From Azolla caroliniana (lineage: Eukaryota; Plantae; Polypodiophyta), in the NCBI GenBank assembly GCA_043228905.1, contig JBHGNT010000007.1, positions 14,756,001 through 14,820,000 of the forward strand: a stretch of DNA of 64,000 bases, written 5' to 3'. Every line of letters begins with the position of its first letter. Position 1 is the stretch's first letter. The notes under the pieces were generated by a model. It made no database searches and was not told the origin of the DNA. It saw only the letters and a list, made by a program, of their open reading frames with translations. The translations under genes and the position numbers were made by a program. Shown here in pieces: positions 24,385 to 38,159 of the stretch.

Positions 24385-25593
24385 ATGGATTTTCTTTTGT
24401 TTATGGGTTCAGTTGTGTTGGTGGTGACACAGAATTACTTTACAAATCTGTGGGTATTGACGGCTGGGGCGACAACCATCACGTTGGGCGTGAACTATGG
24501 CCAATTGGCCAACAATTTGCCACCTCCCCAAGAAGTGGTCCACCTCATCAGCTCTGTCTCGGTAACCAAGTCGAAGCTCTACGACACGAACGCGACTGTG
24601 TTGTCGGCCTTCAAGCACACGGGGATCTCATTCGTGGTCGGGACATTCAACAGTGACCTAGTCCCTCTCGCCCAACAATCGGGGTATGCGGACGCATGGG
24701 TCAAGATGAATATCCTGTCATTCTACCCAAACACAACAATCATTGGGATCGTAGTGGGAAACGAGATCTTCACATCCGCGACCGATGAAGCCAGCGTGGC
24801 ATCGATGGAGTTCGTGCTCCCGGCCATGCAAAATGTGTACGCGGCCCTCCGTAGCCTCGGCCTCGAGCACCAGATCTTCGTATCGACTGCCCACGCCTTC
24901 TCTACGCTGTCCGTGTCGTACCCTCCGTCCGCGGGGGCCTTCTACCCTTCCATTGCCAATGCCTACATGAAGCCCGTGCTCCAATTCTTGTCTGAAACGG
25001 GTGCACCTTTCATGATCAATGTCTACCCTTTCTTCGCCTACAAGGCCGACCCCACCACCGTGTCCCTCGAATATGTCCTCTTCCAGACCAATGCCGGGGT
25101 CCTAGACCCCACCACAGGCCTCCGCTACTACAACATGTTCGATGCCCAGATGGACGCCGTCTACTCGGCCATCTCGGCCCTCGGGTTTAACAACATAACG
25201 TTGTTGGTATCGGAGACCGGGTGGCCATCTCTTGGTGGGGACGATGAACCGGGCGCCACGTTGGCGAATGCACAGACCTATCATACCAATCTTGTCCAGC
25301 ACGTCGCTTCCAAATCAGGCACACCGTTGCGCCCGGACAAAACCCCCGAGATCTACTTGTTCGCCCTCTTCAACGAGAATCAAAAGCCCGGCCCTGTGTC
25401 CGAGCGCAATTATGGCCTCTTCTGGCCCAATGGTACCAAGGTCTACAACTTCAGTTTCACAACTTCCTCATCCACACCTACACCCTCGCCCTCATCATGT
25501 CCTCTAGCTTGGTCATCATTGGCTCTCCTTTCAACACTACTAGTCACCATTGGCATCCTACATGAACACATGCAACTACTTATTTCCCTCTAG
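24385..25593 (+). CDS. Glucan endo-1,3-beta-glucosidase (GH17), likely GPI-anchored, no X8 domain; start uncertain
   Basis: GVNYGQLANNLP, VGNE and SETGWPS catalytic motifs, FALFNENQKPGPVSERNYGLF, S/T/P linker and hydrophobic C-terminus; ATG 24385, or an upstream exon spliced to AG at 24411-24412. Confidence 0.93.
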   Translation: MDFLLFMGSVVLVVTQNYFTNLWVLTAGATTITLGVNYGQLANNLPPPQEVVHLISSVSVTKSKLYDTNATVLSAFKHTGISFVVGTFNSDLVPLAQQSGYADAWVKMNILSFYPNTTIIGIVVGNEIFTSATDEASVASMEFVLPAMQNVYAALRSLGLEHQIFVSTAHAFSTLSVSYPPSAGAFYPSIANAYMKPVLQFLSETGAPFMINVYPFFAYKADPTTVSLEYVLFQTNAGVLDPTTGLRYYNMFDAQMDAVYSAISALGFNNITLLVSETGWPSLGGDDEPGATLANAQTYHTNLVQHVASKSGTPLRPDKTPEIYLFALFNENQKPGPVSERNYGLFWPNGTKVYNFSFTTSSSTPTPSPSSCPLAWSSLALLSTLLVTIGILHEHMQLLISL

Positions 25594-26346
25594 CAAACAT
25601 ACCAATTCTAATTATATAGTGAAATGCACATAGAGAGAACCCCAAACTAGCTTGTCTTACTTCTTGCTCGGTACACCACAATATTATGAGCTCCCGAAAT
25701 ACCAATCACTTGTGTGCTATCTCCAGAAAACATACTTGACAAAAAAGTATTCCCATCTTGCCCATACAGTTTTCTACTAACAAATGTGGAAGGAGTTAAC
25801 TGAAGCGTCACCAAAAGAAAATCTCCTTTACTTGAACTATGTTTATCATCAAATTATGCAATAAAATCATTCCCTTGCCATGATAACACCTCCAAGTAAA
25901 AAAAAGTCCCACAAATACCCCATCAACTTGAACATTGTTTAGAGTCAATGAACATCCATTCCACATTGATTTTTATGTCCCGTCATTCTGATCACTACAT
26001 ACAACAATCATAACATATTCCTAGGAGTTATATCTATAAGTTCTATCACATGGTCACTATCCCTTCTGGAAGGTGTTTGCATGGCAAAGAAGGCGCCTCT
26101 TTGAAAAAGAGAGTTAATGTAAATATCTTGAATACACAATCCACACATCTTAACTTGTCACAAGGATATTTAGAAAATATACGTTGGAATAGTGGCATGC
26201 CATTGAATTTTTCAGTCTATATAATATCAATCCCTCATCTCTTTAGGTACACAACATCTTTATCCCATTCATTTCACCCTAATTGCAAAGTTCTTTTGCC
26301 CATACCAAGTTTGAGCCATTCAACAGACAAGAGTACGGACATTCTT

Positions 26347-26670
26347 TCTTACCCTTTTAGTAAAGGATCTCAATGTCAACATTGTAGAGCCATTTCTTTA
26401 ACCGAAAATTATTATTTAGTGTTCATGAAATGAAATATTTTTATAATGCCCAATGTCTTTCTTAGCCTTTTAGTAAAGGATCTCAATGTCAACATTGTAG
26501 AGCCATTTCTTTAGCCAAAAAATTATTATTTAGTATTCATGAAAATGATGAAATATTTTTATAATGCCCGATGTCATTCTTAGCCTTTTAGTAAAGGATC
26601 TTAATGTCAACATTGTAGGCCAAAAATTATTATTTAGTGTTCATGAAAATAATGAAATATTTTTATAACG
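26347..26670. repeat. Three ~115-bp tandem repeats
   Basis: CCTTTTAGTAAAGGATCT(C/T)AATGTCAACATTGTAG three times. Confidence 0.88.
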
Positions 26671-27087
26671 CTTGATGCCGGAAATGTGAACTTTTTTTGC
26701 TAAAGAATGCTTCAGTACATCAACAAAAAACGTTTGTTACTTTAGTGAAGGGAAGATATGAAGAAACAGAAGGATAGGAAATATAAGTAAAAATGTGGGA
26801 GTTTTATAGGAGTATGAATGTGGTCGAAAAAGATGTTGGGAATGATCCATCAAAGGTTATTGGGATCAAAATTGAAACAATTTAGGATAACCATGCTCCA
26901 ATAATTCAAGGTTGTAAATTTGTGATACGCATACTCATGGAGGCAATTTCAAATTCTAAGTGACAAGAAATAATTAAGCAATATTGTGAATTTCCTCAAG
27001 TTGCTAGCACAAAATTGAATATATTTCTTGGACATACCAAAAAGCAAAATTAAAATATAAAGCTACAGGTTCTTTCAAAAAATCAAT

Positions 27088-30000
27088 TTGTACACATGGT
27101 TGTTCATGCGTAAATGGACGCATGGTTTTAACCCAGAGAATGACGCACAACAGGATGATTCCATTAAAAAGGTAACAATGTTGTTTCCTGGACTATCCTT
27201 AGAATACAACATGTTACTTCCTACTATTGGCAACTCCTTTGGTATGATGTTGGATGAGGAACTAACGCTAGCAGACTGGCTAAAGAAGCACATAGGCCCT
27301 CCCTCTATCCGCCTCTTGGTGCAGGACATCAATAAACTTCCCTCCAAGATCCTCATTCTCGGGAAAAACGGAATGCAGATTGAACAACACATAGAAGTGA
27401 TTGGTGCACCGGGGCAATGTTTTGCATGCAAAAAACTTGGTCATTTAAAAAAGAACTGCCCCACAAGACGTATTAAAGATCCTACAAAGGAGACTTTGGA
27501 AGGTCAGGACACCATAAGACATCAGAAGCCTCCCCCACCACGACCCGATAAGGCTGTGATGGAATGACGAGTGGTGGAAAAAACCCATGTCCTTCCAAAA
27601 ACATCATCGGCACAAAATCCTCCATCGCCTATGAGCCCCAATCAATTTGGTCTACTACAAGAGCTCCCCCCCACGGACGGGCATTCCCCTAGTTCTTTCT
27701 TAAGCCCCAAGGAATGGCCTAAGGTGACACCAAGCACACAAGAGAAAGTTCTCATTAAAGCTTACAAAACAGGGAAGCGAAGACGAATAAGTCATGTAAA
27801 GACCTTAATAAGGAGCTTTAGTGGAACGACACCCAATGCAGAAGCAACAAACCAAGGCAGAAGTTTGAATGTCATGCCTCAGATCATAGTCTTCCCGGAC
27901 ACAAATGAGTGTGCTTCCTCTAGCCAAGACCTTGAACCACACCTGCAAAACGCCTTGAAATGGCTAGGTATAGGGCTCAAGACAGTGGAAAAAATAAGGG
28001 TACATGTATCAGCGGTACACAATAACGGAGTTCTGACGACCTCAATCTCCTTTCTACTCTTGCTTCTGACATAGGAAGATTGGTCAAAATCCAAGATTAA
28101 AGATACGTTATGTATCCAAGCAGCGTGCTTTGTAGCACAAATAAGAGATGAAGAGCTCATGAACGAACTAAAGTAGCATTGGCATAACACTGAATTCTGG
28201 TGCATCATGGATGAAGAGGAACCTCATCTTCGCCACATTCCGGACTATCATAGACACCCAACTAACTCCAAGCTTTTTCTATTTCTATGAGAAGCATGAA
28301 GGGGTTATTGAAGCTCACAAGATAGCCCACAAACTCCATTCATGGATGTGGACCACTATTCCATCCTTGGAAATGACTGGATGTCTAAATGGTGAGTGCT
28401 CCCCACTCACGACTTATTGTGCAAAGCACCAGGAACAACTGGCAATCTCCCACCCCATTCCATGAGTATGAAGAATATAACATGGAACATGCAAGGGCTC
28501 ACAAGTAGACTAGACCAACAAAATGGATGGAAACTGAGAAGGGATCTTGAAGAATATTTACTAGGGAGTGGTGATGACATCATCATGTTGCAGGAACACC
28601 ACCTCGATAGCACGCTGTTAAAGGAAATCGGAGACCTTCTACCAGGATCATGGTGAGCTAGCAATTGGGGAGGATGGAAATCATGGTGGTATTTGCACTT
28701 TGATTCGAGAACATCTAGCCCAAGGCTTAATACACCAAGAATCACTTATACCTAGTAGGGCACATTTTTGCACGTTGGCCATCCAAGGGCAATGATGGAA
28801 CTTCATGAATGTTTATGCTCCAAATAGCAGAACAGAAAGGGCAACATTCTAGGATCGCATCCGCCTACAAGTAGCGGGTGCGGAAGATTGTTGCATTGGA
28901 GGGGATTTTAATATGATCGAATCCATTCACGATAGCTCCAACAACAACCCCATAGTTCTACAAGGAAGGGAACGTAAACAATGGGAGAAGCTATGTGTCC
29001 ACCTTAATTTGCGAGACATCTGGCATTTTGCCAACTTCCAATGGAAAAGGGATTCTCTCCTATTCTCCCAATCAAACGGGCGGAATAGTGGGCCCACCCT
29101 ATCTCGCATTGACCGCATTTATGTGGGGGAAGCTCTAGAAGTGAAGGGAGGGTGGTGTCGCATAACTCCAGGCACGACTTTCTCTAACCATTACCCAGTA
29201 GCTGGTCATTTTCAATTGCACCGAAAATGGGGCCCATTCCAGACTCGCATCCCACACACTATTTACACACTTATAGACGTGAAGGACCAACTATCCAACC
29301 AATGGTCATTACCCGTCAATGGCTCATCAACATCGGACAAACTTTTAGCTAAATTAACAAGAGGTTCTACTCTCCTACATGAGATTGTCAAGACCAGAAG
29401 CAAGAATGCTCAAGAGAAGCGACAAAGGACAAAACGGGGACTAATAGCCTTACAACGACTCAAACAGAGATACTCGTCCTGTATTTGGATCGCAGGACAA
29501 GTCGCCACGGCCAAACATGAACTTAGCATGGTGGAAAAGGAAATCTATGACATGGAGTTTCATGGAAGCATGGCGCGATGGATTCAAGTAGGGGACAAAA
29601 CTACAAAGGAATTCTTCCGCTCCAATGGCCCAAGGCATGCTAGAATTGTGATGTGCAGCCTCAACCGAGAGGATGGAATGACCACTGAGGATGGCGACGA
29701 AATGAGGAATATTGCCACAAGTTATTATAGCCACCTACTTACCGAAGATATTATAGTTATAGGGGAAGACATAAGAGAAGATATTATCCTCCAAAGCATA
29801 CCCGAGAAAGTCACGCCGGAAATGAATACATGGCTCGTGCGTCCCCTATCAATCATCGAGATATGGGAGGCCCTCACTAATTTAGATGCCGATAGCTGCC
29901 CCGGAATCGACGGCCTCACCCCGCACTTTTTCACATGCCTTTGGGACACTATTAAAGAAGACCTCCTCTAGGCATATGAGGAGATCATCACCTTTGGAAG

Positions 30001-32610
30001 CATGCCGGAGGAATTTGGACAGGGGATGATACATCTCATTCCTAAAAGTGGTGGGAAGGCCAACGACATTAGCAAGTGGTGGCCCATAACTCTTCTTAAT
30101 ACTGTCTATAAGTTGCTAGCAAAAATCGTGGCACGCCGTTTAACACCACTTCTCCCTCAATTCATTCATCCGTCCCAGACAGGTTTCGTTAGAAATCGGA
30201 GCATCCGAGACAACCTCTTCTCATTCTGCGAAGCAGTAGCCCTTGCCAAGCGTACCAACAACAAGGTAGTGGTGGTGCTACTAGATTTTGAGAAAGCATA
30301 TGATAGGGTAGCTGGAACTTTCTAGAAAGTGTGATGAGGAAACTCGGCTTTCAAGAGACATGGATCAAAGGCATTGCAGGACTTTATAGGAAGACCCCTC
30401 TCAACTCATGACATCTCAACCTACGTGGTCTTCCTATACCTCATTCTCACCAAAGCATGCTGGATATAGAATTTGCAGATGACACAACAGTCTACTTGCA
30501 AGGGGACTTGGAAAACCTCCAAAAGCTAGAAAGTGGGCTAGCTGTATTTTGCAAGAGATCCAATGCCATGATCAATTGGCACAAATCCTACACAATATGG
30601 ATCTCTCAGGAAACACATCCGGTGTGGCACCCACATCCCACTTTCAAATGGACCAATCAAGGAGCGAGCACCAAATATTTGGGTTTCCAAATTGGTTTCA
30701 ACATACCGTCGGAGACTATGATTGCACCCGTTATCCATTCCATTCGACAAAAGTTGATACATTGGAGCTCGAAAAAATTGTCGTTAGCGGGTCGCATCAT
30801 AGTGGCAAATCAGGTACTACTCGCAACAACATGGTATAGTTTATCATGCTAGACAATCTCCAAGGAAAGTATACATCAGATTCAACGACTGGTCCGCAAC
30901 TACATTTGGTCTAGTAAGGAAGACCATGTAGCTCGCGCCAAGGTGGCATGGGCTATACTCACAACGCCTAAGTCGAGAGGGGGATTGGGTCTTATTGATC
31001 CCCTTTCATAATCAAAAGCCTTACTTGCCAAATTTGTGGTGAGAGGACTCCAACCAGGAAATGACTGTTGGAAAATGCTATTGAGGTTACGTTTCGCTTA
31101 CTTTAGGCCACGAAAAGGGGTCAATTGGGCCCCCCAATCAGGATGGATTCTAAACATGGATCTCAAACCTAGTTTCTCCCACCAATTGGAGGATAGATTC
31201 AGTGCATCCATGTGGAAGGCATGGTGTGACATTCGTCGAGGGCTCAAGTGTGATCAACCGAGATCCAAACTTGCTTGGCGCAGTCAACGTATCCTATGGA
31301 ACCCATGTATCAAGGATGAATCTAATCAACTACTGGGATCACGTAAGGGGTTGTCATGGGGATACATTGCAGAAGGTCTAGGAAAAAGTATAGAATGTTG
31401 GCGACAGTTTATGTTAATGCCACTACAAGATCAGGCGAACATACTCCATGGAATCAGGGGCGGATGGACTATGAGATCAGAAATAATTAACGCTCTATTG
31501 ATTAGGGACTCCGCTACTCAAAGGACGACAATGGAGAAATGGATAGGCCACGAGGAGGAGGGATCTCTTATCCCGAGAGATAGGGGACCACCAGACAGAC
31601 TCGAAGGCTCTGAATTTGCGAGACATTGAGACACCAACATAGAATAACGCAATTCGAGTACTCGCATATACTGGTCATAAATGGATTGTAGATCTTGATC
31701 CAATCAAAGTACAACCAGATTGGCACATATGTACTCATGAAAACACATGGCTACGTATGGTCAATTGGGACCCTTTACAATGGATATGGCGTGATCCCTA
31801 CGTGGGGCAAGGAAGCAAACCCATCCCTTTCTTCCAATTCACAACTAGATTGGGTCGCCACATTCTAGCTGCTCAAACCGCTCGAGAACCGGCTGCCGCG
31901 AAGGTCTGGCACACATTTCAAGTTCTTCTCACAATAATCACCAAGTTTTGGCAGAAAATTTGGAAACAAGAACACGCGAGGCGAAATACCACGTTCCAAT
32001 GGCTATTAATACATAAGTCCCTACCGGTGGGAGCATGGCAACGTGGGAACCTTAGCTCTCCTAAATGTGTAGAGTGCCCACATGTAGTAGAATCAATACA
32101 ACACACTCGGTGGGACGACCCAACTTCCCATCGAATATGGCGGGGGTTTGGCCGCTTATCGCAATTATGCCAGGTGCAAGGCTCAATCAAGTGGGGAAAT
32201 ATATGTTGGCTATCATGGCAGGCCGCAATTGGCAGATATGAGCATCAGGAGGAGGGGATGACTTTGATGATAAAAGCACAAGAGGTCCTTTTCTCCTCCA
32301 ACAGCAATGTCCACTCCACTCCTCTTAATGACAAATCTCAAGAGGTGTTGGAATTGGTCAGCCCAATAACTCTTTGGATTCTATGGAAACAACGATGTAG
32401 ACGAGTCTTCTCCAACCAAACCGCACATCCAACAAGGTTACTACAAGAGATATGGAGTGAAATTGTAGCCACTTTGTAGAGCCAATATGATGGCCTTAAG
32501 GGCGGCTCCAAGGGAGTTGAAAGACAATGAATAGCCTTCATCCAACAATGGTCGTCCTCTCCCTTTCTTGAGTCAGTGGGCATCCACATAAGATGGAACT
32601 ATTGTGTCCC
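27088..32610 (+). mobile_element. Decayed L1-clade LINE (ORF1 zinc knuckle; ORF2 endonuclease, RT with internal deletion near 30390, zf-RVT)
   Basis: CFACKKLGHLKKNC; ITWNMQGL, LQEHH, GGDFN, SRIDRIY, CPGIDG, PITLLNTVYK, LDFEKAYDRV, FADDT; many stops. Confidence 0.92.
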
Positions 32611-33399
32611 TTCAGGGATTTGTACATAATTGTCTCATTTGTAAAATTTTATAACTAATGGAAGGAGTTTTTTTTTGGAAAAAATAAAAATAAAAATCAA
32701 TTTGTTTACTTTTGACTCCACCAAATTCTAGCCATGTGACGGAGAGACATGTAAGTACAACAATGTGGATCTCTAAAACTATGGGATAGATAAATAAAGA
32801 CATAGCTTGTCAATTGTAAGACCAGCCTTTAAATACCTATCAATCACTTGATGTAAGATGTGATTTTAGTGGAAGGTCATAATCACATTGTAAGAGGTAG
32901 GTATGTGTATTATTAGGGTTTGACTATTATGGATCAAACTAAAGACAAAAAAATTATTAAGAGATTTAAGGAAATCAATGGAGTATGAAAGATCCACAAT
33001 ATTATGGGGCTAATTTAGCGCACTAATTGTAAAGAAAGTTTTGGCAGTAGGAGGTACATGAAGAAGACCTTTTTTAGTAGGATTCAAAACATGAGGATTT
33101 CTATTATGATCAACATAAAAACATGCTTTATCATGAGCAACCTTAATGTTATCTCATGCAATATGCAACATTTCTCACATATCTCTAGGAAATGTTAATG
33201 CAATTTATCTCAATTAAAATTCACTTCGTATACAACTTAAAACCGTATATCAAAGTAGATGGACTAAATGTACTTAAAGTATGGACTATATCAAAGTAGA
33301 TGGACTATATTGTAAGCAAACTCTAATAAAGAGAAGTACTTTTCCCATTTTGTAGGCTTCTTTGTCACATAGGCTTACATATCCTCAATAATTTGATAG

Positions 33400-33775
33400 A
33401 TTCATTCATTTTGACCATCGGGATAAGGATCATTGGAAGAACTTATGCTCAAAGTAGTTTCTAGATTTTTAAAGACCTAAGTCCAAAACTCATTAGTAAG
33501 CATAGAATCTCTATCACTTACTACAATGTCTATTTGGTAACTCATCAATGAATTGGTAAACCAATTGATGCGCTATTATCGTCATTTTACTTGTTCCATT
33601 ATGTTTGTGTTTAAGGGTAGCTAACATTAAAATCAATCAATAGACTTTCCCATTTATTATTAAAAATATCTAATGGATGTGCAAGACCTACAACTTTATG
33701 TCGTTGAGCCTTATCCATTGAACATTGCAAACATTTAGTTACCCAATTTTGCATGACATAATTTAGGTTAGAAAA
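33400..33775 (-). pseudogene. Highly decayed Gypsy integrase fragment
   Basis: WVTKCLQCSMDK...LAHPLDI..NKWESLLIDF at end of ORF 33611-34309; limits approximate. Confidence 0.55.
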
Positions 33776-36119
33776 GCAGCTGACAAGAGCAGAATCAAAG
33801 GCATAATCGACATGCCGACAATTGTTCTGGACCCTCCACGAGTAGTGGGAGTCAAGGCGACGCCGGAAACTAGCAAGGGAAAGCCGAAATGGAATGCTGG
33901 TATTGTGGCTGGAAGGGTCATCGAGAAAGCGAGTGTTGAAAGAAGAAAGCGGATTCAGACAAGTCCGGGTCTGGCAAAGCCGAACAAGGGAATCGACAAC
34001 GATTGCACTACGCCGAATGGTCGGAAGGACCCAAAACCGGAAAGGGCCCAACCTTTGTGATGAAGCACAAGGCAAATTCGATGAAGAAGAGCACCTCAAA
34101 ACCGAACGAGGTGTGGTACATTGACTTCGGAGCATCGAATCATATGACGAGCCACAAAGAGTGGTTCTCATATTTGGAGAAACAGGAACAACCGGGAGTT
34201 GTAGAAACCGGTGACAACACATCACATCCGATCGAACATGTTGGCAATGTGCCCCTAAGTCATGTCGGACAAAAGGGGAGACTAATGAACATATTACACA
34301 TCTTGACAATTACAAAGAACTTAGTGTCAGTCGGAAAGATCGTCGACCAAGGGATGCAAGTCCGGTTCACCCATCTCGGGTGCTTCATCGAAGAGGAAAG
34401 CCAGATCATCGCGCAAGGGTGCAGAGAAGGGAGGATATTTATCCTCGACACAAATGATGTCGGCACCGCATTGTTCGCCAAGGGACAAAATGTCGAATCA
34501 GACATCGGCTTGTGGCATAAGCGGATTGGCCACGTCAACTACCAAGGCTTCAGGAGTTGCAAACGAAACAAGTTTAGTTTGGTTTGCTGAAGTTCAGTGG
34601 CTGGAAGGCCCAAGTTTGTGAAGCCTGCCGCCAACTAGGGAGGCAACACCGACTTCCATTCCCCAACGAGCGAAATCGTAGCCGGAACAAGCTCGACTTG
34701 ATACATTCATATGTATGGGGACTAACACTGAATGTGAGCTTAGATGAGAGTCAATACTTCGTCTCCTTCATCGATGACTATAGCAGGCACACTTGGATCT
34801 ACCTCATCAAAAAGAAGAGTGAAGTCTTGGACTGTTTCTGGAACCTAAAAAGCTTAGTGGAAAGGGAAACAGAGAGAAAGATCAAGTGCCTGTGGTCAGA
34901 TGGCGAGAAAAAGTACTTTTCCGGCCAATTCAGTTGTTATCTTCAACAAATGGGAATTAGGAGAGAATTCAACTGTAGATATAAGCCGAAGTTGAACATC
35001 GTAGCCAAAATGAAGAACCGCTCAGTTCTGGAAGCGGCAAGGGCAATGTTGGAGGAGAAAAGCATGCCCAAGTTTTATTGGGCCGAAGCGGTTCGGACAA
35101 CGGTCTACATCCATAATTGAATCAGAGAGAAGGTGTCCGCACACGAGTTGTATTTCGGGCGAAAGCCGAACTTGAAACACCTGAGGGTATTAGGTAGCAT
35201 TGCCTATGTGCATGTGCCGAATGAGAAGAGAAAGAAACTGGACGCTGTCGTAGTGTAGGTTGCACACTATGTGGAAATTATATTTTTGTCCCTCCGGATA
35301 GAGAATGGAGTGCTCGGTGAGAACCGGAAGAAAACGGCATACCGGCAAGGAGGAAAAACGGCATACCGGCAAGGAGGAAAGACGGCATACCGGCAAGGAA
35401 GAAAACGGCATACCGGCAAGGAAGAGCCGGATAAAGAGACATAAATGTAAAAAGAAAGGAAATACTCACTACTGCGCAGGGCGTGATTCGAACTCTGCAC
35501 CTCCACGTTGACAAACCCCAACCTTACCATTACATTAACTTATCTTAAGTGTTCTAAATATAGATTTAATATGTATAAGACCTTTATTTATGCATACCTT
35601 TATTAAAAGGTAAATCGTGTATTTTTTTAATATATGAAAAAGAAAAAACGCGAGACACTAAAAATAACTCATGCACATCTAGCGTGCATGAGCCCTATAC
35701 TTAGGAAATAAAAAAGCATCACATGCACATTTAGTGAACATGAACACTTTTTGTAAAAAAAAAAAAGCATGAAGCCATGCTTAGCTCTTCTTTCCTTATA
35801 TAAGGAGGAGAGAAATATGTAAAGGGTTGTTGATTATTTGGATTAAGTATTAATCAATACAAAAATTATTCGTGGGGATTCACGATTTATACGTCTACTT
35901 CTCTCTTAACACCCTAAGTACCAATTAATATAGTATACTCGTGTGATTCACGAGTTTCTTATCTTTCTCTTTGCTATTTACTCATAATTAATCTCTATCT
36001 CACGAACTTCTTTCTCCTAGTCCAAGACCTCTGTGGTTCCCACCCGACTCACGCAACGATCCGGAGCCGAAAGGCACGACACAGTTGGTGAACCCGACGT
36101 GAAGACGGGTGGCAAGGAG

Positions 36120-38159
36120 ATGGAGGCTCAACAAGCTAACAATATGATGGCGATGTTCGAACGGATGCTTCAAGAACAACGCACGATGTCGGAGATTTCG
36201 GCATCAGTAGAGCGGCTCGTGCAACGCAACGGGCAATTTAATGGTAAGGATGTGTCGCGATATTTGCAGGACTACAAGGCGGAGATGCTCCGGTGCCGGG
36301 CTTCGGAAGGACTGCAAGTGACATCCTTTAACCGGGTGGCGACCGACGGGCTTCAAGGGAGTATCCACGGGTTGCAACAACAAAATCCGACGTGGGAAGC
36401 ATTCGAAGAGGCGTTAAAGACCACGTTCGCCATCGAGGACTCCTCCAAGGCAACGCGGAGGGGATTCGAGGATTGGGTGGAAACGTCAGGTAAGGGGCTG
36501 AAGGTCCTCGAAGTGTTTTCGACATTCGAAAGTCGGTTCGGGAGGTTGTCCGCGAGAGATCAAACTATTCTTGCACCGGACAAAGTCATCATGTTTTTGC
36601 GAGCTGTGGACGTCCGGGACCGGAAAGATCTCGGAGTGCTTCTTGAGGACACGACCACCGAAAGCGGCCTCACCGAAACATGGGAAAGCGTGCGGGATAT
36701 CGTCGCGCGGTACACGAAGAGGGGGCAATGGCTTGCCAACGAAGAAAAGAGGGTTTCGGAACCGATTCCGAAACCGAGAACGGGACTGGAAGACCATCAA
36801 CCGAGGGCTCGGGAGATTACGGCCGAGAAGGGAGTCGACGCGTCTACGGTGGAGCAGCTGCTGAAGGAGATGGAGAATCTAAAGATCGCGATGGTGAAGA
36901 AGTCGGATGACCGCCCCACAAGCTCCAAATATACGGATCGACGGTGCATATGGTGCGATAGCGCCGAACACGATCGGAGGGATTGCGACGACCATAAGGA
37001 GGCACTACGACGGGATCTCATCTACTGCGAGGGAAACCGGATTCATTCGATGGACTCTCGGAAGCCACTCCGACCGAACTTCCGGAAAGGCGGCATGAAG
37101 AAGGTGCTCGAGGAGGAGTTAGCGGCAAGAAGCAACTATGCGACAACCGCGGGAATATGTGTCGGGGAATCATCGGGAGCGAAGGCGTCTTTCTGGCCGG
37201 AGGTGCTAGGAAACACCGAGAAAACCGACTCCAACGATATCCGAAACACCGCGGAAGGCGTCCGGGAAGCTACGGGATGGGAGTGCCCTGTCGACAAGAA
37301 TAGCATATACGCCCTGTGTCAATTACATGAGGTGTATGTGGACGAGAAACGACGGCGCACGGAGGATGCGGCCGGACCATCGAAGATACCGGAAAGCTGG
37401 AACTCCGGAGGTAAGGGAAAAGAAAAGGCGACTCCGGCATTCAAGCTCGCCTCGGACATAGAACAACAAACCGACTTGAAAAGAGTGTTCGAGGAAAGAA
37501 TCTTGGATAGCCGGGTAGATTTTTCGCTGCGGGAACTACTCGGAATAGCGAAGAAGGAGTTTCACGATCTTCTCGTGGATCTCGTGAAAAGGAAGAGACA
37601 AAGTACGGAGGAAAATGCTCCAAGGGTGAATGCAAATACCGTTTCAATGAACGACACCGAAGTGGAAGGCGAAATTCCGAACTCCCACTATACAAGGCCA
37701 CACTGGGCACGTGCGACTACGGAGACTCCGGTCCGAATCGGCAACATCAAAGAACCCGTGCTAGCATTGATTGATCACGGATCGGAGATCAACTTGATGT
37801 CCAAGGAGTTCTACCGAAAGGGGAAGTGGCCTATAAACACCAACCATGGATGGAAGATTCGGGCAGCCACGAAAACGACAGAAGACCTATTTGCGGCTTG
37901 TCCGGATGTGACGGTAAAGATCGGGGATGTCGAAATTGACCAAAATTTCTTTGTGCAGGATGAGGTTTCACATTCTGTCATCCTCGGCCAACCCTTTATC
38001 ACGGCTTCACGGATGGAGACGAAGGTGCTCGATAGTGGTGCGGCTTTTGCGCGAATTCGGAGCCAAAACGGAGGGAAATCCGTCCAATTCCTAACGGTGC
38101 CGGCAAATCACGAAAGGAACAAGAGGGAACTCTTGTCCCAAGTGGGAATGGATTTTTAA
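36120..38159 (+). CDS. G2 Gag-protease
   Basis: First ATG after PBS; CIWCDSAEHDRRDC knuckle; ALIDHGSEINLM and VILGQPF aspartic protease motifs. Confidence 0.9.
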   Translation: MEAQQANNMMAMFERMLQEQRTMSEISASVERLVQRNGQFNGKDVSRYLQDYKAEMLRCRASEGLQVTSFNRVATDGLQGSIHGLQQQNPTWEAFEEALKTTFAIEDSSKATRRGFEDWVETSGKGLKVLEVFSTFESRFGRLSARDQTILAPDKVIMFLRAVDVRDRKDLGVLLEDTTTESGLTETWESVRDIVARYTKRGQWLANEEKRVSEPIPKPRTGLEDHQPRAREITAEKGVDASTVEQLLKEMENLKIAMVKKSDDRPTSSKYTDRRCIWCDSAEHDRRDCDDHKEALRRDLIYCEGNRIHSMDSRKPLRPNFRKGGMKKVLEEELAARSNYATTAGICVGESSGAKASFWPEVLGNTEKTDSNDIRNTAEGVREATGWECPVDKNSIYALCQLHEVYVDEKRRRTEDAAGPSKIPESWNSGGKGKEKATPAFKLASDIEQQTDLKRVFEERILDSRVDFSLRELLGIAKKEFHDLLVDLVKRKRQSTEENAPRVNANTVSMNDTEVEGEIPNSHYTRPHWARATTETPVRIGNIKEPVLALIDHGSEINLMSKEFYRKGKWPINTNHGWKIRAATKTTEDLFAACPDVTVKIGDVEIDQNFFVQDEVSHSVILGQPFITASRMETKVLDSGAAFARIRSQNGGKSVQFLTVPANHERNKRELLSQVGMDF

